A stretch of DNA of 64,000 nucleotides, taken from an uncultured delta proteobacterium. GTDB lineage: Bacteria > Desulfobacterota > Desulfuromonadia > Desulfuromonadales > BM103. The stretch is taken from the NCBI GenBank assembly GCA_963715335.1, contig CAVQRZ010000023.1, positions 64,001 to 128,000 on the forward strand. The letters run 5' to 3'. The translations under genes were made by a program, and so were the position numbers. The notes under the pieces are model-generated. The model did no database searches, was not told the origin of the DNA, and worked only from the letters and a program-made list of their open reading frames with translations. The stretch's first letter is position 1, and each line of letters starts with the position of its first letter. This document shows positions 1 through 8,284 of the stretch, in pieces.

Positions 1-76
1 TGATACAGGCCTTGACGCCGAAACAGCCTTACGCAAGACAACCCGCAAATTATTACAGGAGCTGGACAGAGAATGA
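1..76 (+). CDS. mazG: 3' end of probable MazG nucleoside triphosphate pyrophosphohydrolase (partial)
   Basis: Frame from nt 2 reads DTGLDAETALRKTTRKLLQELDRE*, resembling the MazG C-terminal DxExALRxxxxK motif. Not in the ORF track. Confidence 0.55.
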   Translation, partial: DTGLDAETALRKTTRKLLQELDRE

Positions 77-169
77 AGCCGTCTCCCGCCCTGACGCTTG
101 CCGGATTGCAATGAACTTCCCCGGGCTGGTAAATGCCGATATTCAAAAAAACGAAGTGTTTCAAGCATC

Positions 170-211
170 TCCACACCTTGTCCACAAAAAGTGTGGACAA
201 GGTGTGGAAAA
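170..211. promoter_or_regulatory. Palindromic cluster of DnaA-box-like sites
   Basis: Perfect 17-bp inverted repeat TCCACACCTTGTCCACA-aaaag-TGTGGACAAGGTGTGGA. It contains TTGTCCACA (178-186), its complement (192-200) and TGTGGAAAA (203-211). Confidence 0.55.
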
Positions 212-387
212 CCATGTGTACAAACTAAACCTAAATCGGCTTTATAACCACTTCAGCTATATGCCCAAAAAATGTGCACTTTTTTTGTTCCATAAAAACG
301 GATAGTTACCAAATAATCCGTTCAAAAACTATATATGATGTTTATTAGTAAAGCCTTCATTGCCTGAAATCCATTAAGCGAGGTGCC

Positions 388-780
388 ATGTTTATAAAAC
401 TCCTGTTAATCTTTGTTTTTGTACCGGTTATGGAGCTGTACATACTGATTGAGGCGGGCCGCATAATCGGCATCGGTGCGACCATTGGCCTGATCATGTT
501 GACAGGGGTTGCCGGGGCCTGGCTCGCTCGGAGTCAGGGATTGGAAATCTTGAGAAGAATCCAACAGGACACTGCCAACGGCCAGATGCCAGCCCGGACT
601 CTGATTGACGGCGCGCTGGTTTTAGTCGGTGGCTTGCTGCTGCTGACACCGGGCTTTTTCACAGATGCTCTCGGTTTCAGCTTGCTGGTTCCGATCACAC
701 GTGAGCTGTGGCGAAAAGGTCTGACTGCGTGGCTGGAAAAGCAGATTCGACAAGGTTCTGTGACGGTCTATCGAATGTAG
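388..780 (+). CDS. fxsA: FxsA family membrane protein
   Basis: Hydrophobic 130 aa with ELYILI and GGLLLLTPGFFTD motifs; GAGG RBS. Confidence 0.92.
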   Translation: MFIKLLLIFVFVPVMELYILIEAGRIIGIGATIGLIMLTGVAGAWLARSQGLEILRRIQQDTANGQMPARTLIDGALVLVGGLLLLTPGFFTDALGFSLLVPITRELWRKGLTAWLEKQIRQGSVTVYRM

Positions 781-819
781 GAGGCGATCCGGAACGTTCA
801 ACCAGACTTCACGACAGAG

Positions 820-1381
820 AGGGCAACAGATGGTTCATCTGTTGCCCTGGTTCCTTTTCTTGAAATACTTAAAAGCAAAACCGGCGGGTCGCGTCCCGCC
901 CGACGCCATACTTTTGTCCGGCAACAAAAGTATGCAAAAGTGCCTGCTCCTTGCGGAGGGCATCTCCTCTGCCGGGTTTCTGTGACTTCAAGAACCTGCT
1001 GTAATGGGAATCCGGCCCTGTGTCAAAGGGCCTGACCTTTCTGTGCGATTTACCAGGGAAAAGCCAAAACAATTACTACCGACGCAAACCTCCACGAAAG
1101 GAGAGGCTCTCAAGAGCCTCGGTTCCTGCGGGGGAAATGTAGAATCTTAATCGGTTAGTATGGTCTGAATTGAGGTTGCCGCCTTGACGCGCCAGACATG
1201 CCCAGCGCAGCGCAGGCCTTTTTCTGCTTACTCTTTTGGGCCAGCAAAAGAGTAAGGCGCAGTCGGGGGGCGCAACCCCCGGGTTTTGCCTTTGTCTTTG
1301 AATTCTAGAGAACAACAGCAAAGGGCAACAGATGGTAAATCTGTTGCCCTAAACTTCATAAACACTCCACCTGACAGGCAA
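820..1381. mobile_element. Non-autonomous repeat element, copy A (inverted relative to copy C at 51.8-52.5 kb)
   Basis: Bounded by palindromes AGGGCAACAGAT-N5-ATCTGTTGCCCT (820-848, 1322-1350). Segment 869-1072 closely matches the reverse complement of 52179-52382. Confidence 0.8.
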
Positions 1382-1383
1382 CA

Positions 1384-3243
1384 TCAATCGCTTTTCACAC
1401 CTTCTGTGTTAACTCTCGCCAGTAATTGGTTGCTCCGATCCAGAAAACGCGACATGCGCTCCTGATCAAAGGCCCGGCATGTCAACATGGCCAGATCATA
1501 CACCTGGGCAACCAACAGCTCCACATCTTGCGTTTGCTGCTTTGCATGTAACTCGAGGATGTTTGCCACGACCGGACAGGAAGCGTTGACCAACAACGAC
1601 GGCCCCTTCTCGGAGAGGGAGACATCCCTACCCAGGGTACGCGACATCTCCTGAAAACGCCGATCCTGTTCGGAAAAAAGCGCCATTGCCGGAACCGAAC
1701 TATCCTTCAGTCGTTCAACACGGATCTCGATTGAATCGTCCTGAAGATTTTGTTTGAACAAGTCGGCGATCCTCTCATCGCGGGTCTTGCCATCCTCACC
1801 ATCAATCAGGTCGGCAGCCTTGTCCTGCTGGAGCAGGTTCTCCGTGACGTCTGCATCGACCCTGGCGAACTTGATTTCGGTGTTTTTCATCTCCAGGAAC
1901 TGGATGAAATGTGAGTCGATCTGGGCATCCAGGACCAGCACGTTCAACCCCTGGGCTTTGAACAGTTTGAGATAAGTCGATTGGGCAACGGCATCGTTCG
2001 TGTAATAAACCGTCGTGGCTTTTGCCGCAGAGTTGCTCTCTAAGTATTCCGGCAGGGTCGTCCACTCATCAGAACCGCTCAGGGCGAACAACATATGGTC
2101 CTTGAGCTTTTCGTAGAATTTGTCATCCTTCATCATACCGAACTTGACAAAAGTGTGAATATCCTTCCAGACAGCTGAAAATGCTTTTCGATCGTCCTTG
2201 TCCAGTTCTACCAGTTTCCCGGCAACGCGACTGGAGATGACATCGCGAATCTTGCGCACCTGCGGCTCATTCTGCAGGTAACTACGGGAGACGTTCAACG
2301 GCAGATCCGGGGCATCAAGACAACCCTGCAACGGCATCAGAAATTCAGGGATCAGTTCCGGGCAGTTGTCGCTGACAAAGACCTGGTTACAGAATAGCTT
2401 GATGTGACTTTTGGTCACATCGAACTCATTTGTCAGCCTGGGGAAGTAGAGAATCCCCTTGAGATTGAAAGGAAAGTCAATATTCAGGTGAATCCAGAAC
2501 AGAGGCTCATCGGAAAACGGATACAACTTACGGTAGAACTTTCTGTAATCCTCCTCGTTAAGTTCCGAAGCCATTCGCGTCCACAAGGGGTTCTGATCAT
2601 TGACGACATCACCTTCAAGGTGAATGGCAACCGGGAGAAAGTTACAATAACGGGTCAGGACTTCGCGAGCACGGGCAGGCTCAAGAAATTCCAGCTCATC
2701 TTTTACGAGATGGAGAACAACTTCAGTCCCCCGCTCGCTTTTTTTAATTTCGTTTATCTCGTAACTGGTCGAGCCATCGCACGTCCAATGGACACCCGTG
2801 GCACCCTCCTGGTAGCTGAGGGTCCGTATTTCGACCTTCCCTGCGACCATGAACGAAGAATAAAAGCCGAGTCCGAAATGTCCTATGATCTGGCTCTTGT
2901 CTTCAAGGTCTTTGAATTTCTGCACAAACTCCTCTGCCGAGGAGAAGGCAATCTGGTTGATGTAACGGCGCACTTCATCTGCCGTCATGCCGATCCCGTT
3001 GTCCTTGATCGTCAGGGTCTTGTCGGCCTTGTTCAGGTAGACGTCAACACGATATTCCTCGGACTGCTGCAAGCCCTCCATGAGGTTGACATGCTGCATT
3101 TTATGAATCGCGTCAACGGCGTTGGAGACGAGCTCACGCAGGAAAATTTCTTTTTCGCTGTAAAGCCACTTCTTGATGATCGGAAAGATATTTTCCGTAT
3201 GAATGGAGATACTACCCTTTTCTGTTTTTTTTCTGGCTGACAT
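1384..3243 (-). CDS. htpG: Molecular chaperone HtpG (Hsp90)
   Basis: FLRELVSNA, DNGIGM, IGHFGLGFYS and LPLNVSR motifs. Confidence 0.97.
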   Translation of the reverse strand: MSARKKTEKGSISIHTENIFPIIKKWLYSEKEIFLRELVSNAVDAIHKMQHVNLMEGLQQSEEYRVDVYLNKADKTLTIKDNGIGMTADEVRRYINQIAFSSAEEFVQKFKDLEDKSQIIGHFGLGFYSSFMVAGKVEIRTLSYQEGATGVHWTCDGSTSYEINEIKKSERGTEVVLHLVKDELEFLEPARAREVLTRYCNFLPVAIHLEGDVVNDQNPLWTRMASELNEEDYRKFYRKLYPFSDEPLFWIHLNIDFPFNLKGILYFPRLTNEFDVTKSHIKLFCNQVFVSDNCPELIPEFLMPLQGCLDAPDLPLNVSRSYLQNEPQVRKIRDVISSRVAGKLVELDKDDRKAFSAVWKDIHTFVKFGMMKDDKFYEKLKDHMLFALSGSDEWTTLPEYLESNSAAKATTVYYTNDAVAQSTYLKLFKAQGLNVLVLDAQIDSHFIQFLEMKNTEIKFARVDADVTENLLQQDKAADLIDGEDGKTRDERIADLFKQNLQDDSIEIRVERLKDSSVPAMALFSEQDRRFQEMSRTLGRDVSLSEKGPSLLVNASCPVVANILELHAKQQTQDVELLVAQVYDLAMLTCRAFDQERMSRFLDRSNQLLARVNTEGVKSD

Positions 3244-3323
3244 AAAAACCTCCCGGAGACATAAATACCCGGGAGGAAGATAGTTACGATGAAGAGGAAT
3301 GTCAAGTCTGCCAGGTGCCAGGG

Positions 3324-3662
3324 TCAGGCGCCGTGGACGTCATCATGGGTATCCAGAGGCCCTTTCTGCTTCCACAAACGCATGAGGTCGCGATAAGAGT
3401 CAACGTTGAGATTCAGTTCTGGTTCGTTATGATGCAGCACAACCGTAGCGTCATAATGACGTACGCCCCAACCGAGACAGAAGACACATATCAGCATGGG
3501 CAAGGCGACCCTGGCGAAAAAATACAGAGAGTGACCCAATGTACGGCCCCACAGTCGCCGCAAATTGGCCAGGATCCCATCCTGACGGCCGGAAAGGACC
3601 ATATACAGAGACACGGCTGCAACATAAAGGGCAAACAACCCGAATACAATATGTGCATTCAT
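3324..3662 (-). CDS. Hypothetical membrane protein (112 aa)
   Basis: ATG at 3662 preceded by GGAGG; two hydrophobic segments. Confidence 0.6.
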   Translation of the reverse strand: MNAHIVFGLFALYVAAVSLYMVLSGRQDGILANLRRLWGRTLGHSLYFFARVALPMLICVFCLGWGVRHYDATVVLHHNEPELNLNVDSYRDLMRLWKQKGPLDTHDDVHGA

Positions 3663-3780
3663 GACGCCTACCTCCGCAGAGTTACAACAGAACCTTAACT
3701 CTCTTTCATTATAAGCAACACTCCTGAATTTGCAAGATAATATAGAACAATGTTCTAACAGATGCGCCAGAGATCGCGCA

Positions 3781-4200
3781 TCATTCGCCGATAATCTTGA
3801 CCAGAACACGCTTGCGTCGGCGGCCATCAAATTCACCATAGAAGATCTGCTCCCATGGGCCGAAATCAAGCTGACCGGCAGTGACAGCAACCACCACCTC
3901 TCGCCCCATTATGGTTCGTTTCAGATGCCCGTCGCCATTATCCTCGCCGGTGTTGTTATGCTGGTAGAGTGACAAAGGCTCATGGGGCGCCAACAGTTCG
4001 AGCCAGCGCTCGAAATCCTGGTGCAGCCCTCTTTCGTCGTCATTTATAAAGACGGACGCGGTAATATGCATGGCATTGCACAGGACAAGTCCTTCCCGTA
4101 TACCGCTTTCACGTACACAGGCTTCGACCTGGGAAGTGATATTCATAAAGCCACGACGGCTGGAAATTTCGAACCATAACTCTTTGCGATAAGACTTCAT
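3781..4200 (-). CDS. yjbQ: YjbQ/UPF0047 family protein
   Basis: [26 protein letters not shown] and [13 protein letters not shown] motifs; start at MKSYRK. Confidence 0.93.
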   Translation of the reverse strand: MKSYRKELWFEISSRRGFMNITSQVEACVRESGIREGLVLCNAMHITASVFINDDERGLHQDFERWLELLAPHEPLSLYQHNNTGEDNGDGHLKRTIMGREVVVAVTAGQLDFGPWEQIFYGEFDGRRRKRVLVKIIGE

Positions 4201-4327
4201 ATTCGCTCCCTTGACCCAGGTCATTGAATAAACTGCTGGTTGTTTATACAAAAGACATCATGATAAAATGCCGGTTGAGGTTCTGTCGATGCACAGGCAG
4301 GCTGACCCACTCCATCGAGGTCACTTG

Positions 4328-5338
4328 ATGACTGTTTCCCCGTTCATAATATCACCCAGAGTGTTATTGCTCACCTTGATTTACATTCTTCTTTTATCCG
4401 GTCACGCCGTACCGACCCGTGCGGATTCGACACTGGTCGACCTCGAAGAAATCCCGGCAATTAGCCTGGAGACGACAAACGGGCTGCAGGCCTTTTTCCA
4501 GACCCTCGATTATGACTGGAAAGAACTGGAAGAAGGCGTCCCACCATTGATACTCGAAAACATTCCAGACGACATCGACCGGACAGCGAGCGCCATGGCA
4601 AAGAAACATACGTTTTTTATGGGCCTGCTACCAATGGTTCTGCTGGCCAACCAGGAGATCGAACAGGAGCGGGAAGATATTTTGGCGATATTGGACAGAC
4701 ACAAATCAAATCGGATACTGGACGGAGATATCGAACGTCTGGATGAAGTTCTCAAGCGTTACGGTCTGCGTGGCCACCCGTTCACTGACCACCGGACCCG
4801 GTCCCGATTACTGCGGAGAGTCGACATCATTCCTCCAGCCCTGGTCCTGGCCCAAGCGGCCAACGAATCGGCGTGGGGGAGCTCGCGGTTTGCCCAGCTC
4901 GGCAACAACCTGTTCGGTGAATGGACATACAAGCCAGGGACAGGGATCGTGCCGCAGGGACGGCCGGAAGGGGCAACTTACGAGGTCCGCAAATTCTCCA
5001 GTCTTTATGAATCGATCCGCAGTTACATGAACAACCTCAATCGCAACGGGGCGTACCGCAAGCTGCGTGAGATACGGGAGAAGCTGCGCAAATCGGGTCA
5101 ACCAGTGACCGGAATGGCGATGGCTGGAGGGTTGGAAAAGTATTCCGAGCGTGGCCATGACTATATCAGGGAGATCCAGGTCCTGATCCGCCAGAACAAA
5201 CTCGCACGGGCCAACGATGCCTCCCTGCGCCGGCCAGAGATGGACACCAGCACGATCATCGGTACATCCGGCTCCGGTCTCTTCTCTACGCGCAGCAGAC
5301 TGATCGGGCATCGTCTACCGGCGCGGCAAAACCCATAA
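4328..5338 (+). CDS. Bax-like glucosaminidase (GH73) domain protein
   Basis: LAQAANESAWGSSRFA, NNLFG, YMNNLN and YSERG motifs; N-terminal signal/TM segment. Start uncertain. Confidence 0.85.
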   Translation: MTVSPFIISPRVLLLTLIYILLLSGHAVPTRADSTLVDLEEIPAISLETTNGLQAFFQTLDYDWKELEEGVPPLILENIPDDIDRTASAMAKKHTFFMGLLPMVLLANQEIEQEREDILAILDRHKSNRILDGDIERLDEVLKRYGLRGHPFTDHRTRSRLLRRVDIIPPALVLAQAANESAWGSSRFAQLGNNLFGEWTYKPGTGIVPQGRPEGATYEVRKFSSLYESIRSYMNNLNRNGAYRKLREIREKLRKSGQPVTGMAMAGGLEKYSERGHDYIREIQVLIRQNKLARANDASLRRPEMDTSTIIGTSGSGLFSTRSRLIGHRLPARQNP

Positions 5339-6345
5339 CTGGCTGTACCAGTACCAGGTCCTGCCGTCACGTTCCGATGCCGTGACCGTATATTTGCTGC
5401 GCCGCCCGGCAAGCGGACGGTTAGGCTGGATCTCGTAGAGGTTCTCCTCGCCCGGCACCACCCTCACCTGGCATTCCGGCTGACCGGGCACGAAACAACG
5501 CAGCGTCCTCCTGTCAAACGGACCGTCTTCAAGCGAGAAGACCAGTCTTGGAGGATTATCGTCCTCAATCACGGGGGTCTTGGGAGTGACAACCTTGACA
5601 GGCAGGTGTTTTAAGAGAAGTTTGTCCTGGAATTCACCGGGATCGGCATAAACGCCTCCCGTCGGGAAACGCGGCAAGCTGAAAAGATCCTGGTCTGACG
5701 TCAATACGCCTGATTGCTGACCGAAGGCGGCATCGAACCCGACTTGCCTGACCAGTTCGACAAGTTCCGGGGAAAATTCACCATAGGGATAGGCGAACAG
5801 GCGCGGCGCAAAGCCCAGGTTTTTTTCAAAGAGCTGCTGGGCCTGGCTGAGATCTCCAAGAACTCTGGCCGCCCAATTCTCATCGTTCATCTGGTCAAGC
5901 AGATAAGCATGGCTGGCAGAGTGATTGCCTATCTCAACCCCCTCTCCGCGCAAAGCTCTCAACTCATGCCAGTCTAGATATTCCCCCTCACCCACCGTAT
6001 CCGCACTGACAAAAAGAGTTGCCGGGAAACCAAAGCTCTTGAGAAGTGGCCAACCGGCGGTGGCAAAAGAACGATAGGCATCGTCTATGGTGATTACCGC
6101 GCAGCGTTGCGGCAGGCTCTCCCCACGCTTTATCCTGTCAACTACCTCCCCGAGTGGAAGAACGGTAAAATTCAGCCGTTGTATGGTTTCAAGGTGGGCG
6201 CGGAAATCCCGGGTGGGAATATTGGTCGAAGGGAAGCGGGCATCGTCGAAGCGGTGGTAAACAAAGACATTCGCCTGGCCTGCGGCTGCTGCCTGCACAG
6301 ACAGGCAAAGCAAAACGACTCCGAAAACCAGTAAGCTGGAGAGGA
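5315..6345 (-). CDS. Polysaccharide deacetylase (NodB) family periplasmic protein
   Basis: VYHR, TIDDAY, NHSASH and FAYPYG motifs. True start unclear, near the stop of the upstream RSH gene. Confidence 0.85.
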
Positions 6346-6347
6346 GA

Positions 6348-7835
6348 TCAGGCTTTCTCCTTGCCGCCGCGCTGCTTGACTTTGGAGCGCAGGTAACGAC
6401 GGATACTGTTGCGGGCCCGCGGCGTGACAGCCCACTCCAGCCATTTGGGCAACACGGTTGGTCGGTCTGCTGTTTCAACATCGATTTGATCCCCATCCAT
6501 CAGGCGTGCCTTGAGTTGACGAATCTTGCCGTTGATGCGTACGCGAACGGCGTGCAAGCCGAGTTGTTCGTGGATATTAAAAGCAAAGTCCAGCGCGCTG
6601 CAACCTTCGGGTAACGTACGGACATCCCCCTGAGGGGTATAGACCTGGATTGATGCAGAGGCAAGGCGCAGGCTGTCCATGTCAAAAGCCGACTCGCCTT
6701 CGATCAGAGACTGCATCAATTCTTCAAAGTTCTTGCTGCGGAATTCGAAGCCTGGGGCCAGCACACCGGAATCGTTGAAACGCGCAAGCTTGCGCGTTGT
6801 GATTTCGATACGTAAACGCGCCTCTCCGGCCTGGACGCTGGTTTTCAAGGCCTGGTAACCATATTGCGAAGGCACATTCAGGTGGTCCCGCAGTTTACCG
6901 GGGATCGGCGGGTAGAGACGATGCAACAAACCCAGAGTGTGGTAGGCATCCATAAAACTGTCCACCAGGATATCCAGAGTATAGAGGGCCTGCAGTCCGC
7001 GGGGAGTGGAGCGGGCGGCGGCGATTGAAAACGAGCGCCAACGATCCTTGACCAATGCATCGATCTTGTGATGTTCGAGGATATTATGGACTTCTGAACG
7101 GATCAACCCGAGACTCGAATCATAACCTTTGCGGAGTTCAGCGACGGCGGCTGCGTATCGCTCTGCACGGTTCGGATAGAGGATCGTCAGCGACAGCGCT
7201 TCGAGCTCAGTCGCAACGCGCCCCATGCCAAGATGCCTGGCGAGGGGAACGTAAATAGTCCTGGTTTCCTCGGCGATCAGGCGCTGTTTCTCAGAGTTCA
7301 GGGCCTGTATGGTCTGCAGGTTGTCAATCCGATCCCAGAACTTCAGGCACAGGACCCGAACATCCCGAACCGCAAGCAGGACCTGTTTACGGTACGTCTG
7401 TTCCTTGAGGGCACTCCGGCTGAGCAAGTCGTCATCCACCTTGGTCAGACCGTCAACCAGCAGGCGGGTCTCTTCGCCGAACATATCGTTGATATCCTCA
7501 AGGGTTGTCGGCGTATCTTCAACGACATCGTGTAATATGGCTGCGTTGACCGAGGCGAAATCCATCCAGTGCCGGGCGGCCATGTGAGCAACTCGCAGGG
7601 GGTGGAAAAAATAGGGCTCACCAGACTTGCGCAACTGTTGGCGATGCGCTGTCTGCGCGAGTTTGATGGCCTTCTGCAATGCATCGATCGATTCGTCGAG
7701 GACAGAATCACTGAGACTGCCGCCATAATGCGTTACCAGCAACTCCATGATTTCGTTAATCAGGCGCAGCTGACGCTTGTCGTCGTACTTCTCCGGCGCA
7801 TCAGGCTCGGCTATTGGTTGATGAATCGTCTCCAT
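6348..7835 (-). CDS. RelA/SpoT homologue: HD hydrolase + degenerate synthetase + TGS domain
   Basis: RKSGEPYFFHP and HDVVED hydrolase motifs; TGS motif YTPQGD..LPEG..ALDFAF.IH; no ZFD/ACT region. Confidence 0.88.
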   Translation of the reverse strand: METIHQPIAEPDAPEKYDDKRQLRLINEIMELLVTHYGGSLSDSVLDESIDALQKAIKLAQTAHRQQLRKSGEPYFFHPLRVAHMAARHWMDFASVNAAILHDVVEDTPTTLEDINDMFGEETRLLVDGLTKVDDDLLSRSALKEQTYRKQVLLAVRDVRVLCLKFWDRIDNLQTIQALNSEKQRLIAEETRTIYVPLARHLGMGRVATELEALSLTILYPNRAERYAAAVAELRKGYDSSLGLIRSEVHNILEHHKIDALVKDRWRSFSIAAARSTPRGLQALYTLDILVDSFMDAYHTLGLLHRLYPPIPGKLRDHLNVPSQYGYQALKTSVQAGEARLRIEITTRKLARFNDSGVLAPGFEFRSKNFEELMQSLIEGESAFDMDSLRLASASIQVYTPQGDVRTLPEGCSALDFAFNIHEQLGLHAVRVRINGKIRQLKARLMDGDQIDVETADRPTVLPKWLEWAVTPRARNSIRRYLRSKVKQRGGKEKA

Positions 7836-7936
7836 TCAGAAAACTTCCAGGTTAGGGATATGGCCGATATTAAATCAGAAATCACCGTGTCGCAACCCTG
7901 TTCCTGCCGATCGATCGAAGTACGGCAAGGCCCCTT

Positions 7937-8284
7937 CTAACCGGGAGGCCAGGTCATGTCGCGGCCGCCCATCAGATGAAAGTGAATGTGCCACACAGTT
8001 TGGCCGCCGGCATCGTTGGTATTGTTGACCATACGGAAGCCATCTTCGGAGAAACCGAGGTCATGGGCGAGTTTGCCCGCCACCTGGTAAACGTGTCCGA
8101 TCAACTCATTATCGGCGGTCGTCAAGTCCAGAGTTGTGCGGATATGCTTCCTGGGCACGATCAAAAGATGGTTGGGGGCCTGGGGGTTGATGTCTTCGAC
8201 GACAACGACCCGGTCATCCTGGTAAACAAATTTCCCCGGGATGTCTCCGGCGATGATCTTACAAAAGATGCAATTGTCGGGCAT
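7937..8284 (-). CDS. hinT: Histidine triad nucleotide-binding protein
   Basis: CIFCKI start, HIHFHLMGG motif and WPPG end. Confidence 0.95.
   Translation of the reverse strand: MPDNCIFCKIIAGDIPGKFVYQDDRVVVVEDINPQAPNHLLIVPRKHIRTTLDLTTADNELIGHVYQVAGKLAHDLGFSEDGFRMVNNTNDAGGQTVWHIHFHLMGGRDMTWPPG

Noticed and set aside
12..305. 97-aa ORF
   Set aside because: It overlaps the MazG-like 3' end out of frame and crosses the DnaA-box palindrome; probably spurious.
869..1072. 67-aa ORF nearly duplicated at 52179-52382 (58/67 identical)
   Set aside because: It lies inside the palindrome-rich repeat, has a TTG start and no clear RBS; the similarity is explained by the DNA repeat.
1078..1135. c-di-GMP-I riboswitch-like words (GCAAA, GAAA)
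   Set aside because: The paired architecture is not evident, the GAAA loop is not kept in copy C, and the site lies between convergent genes.
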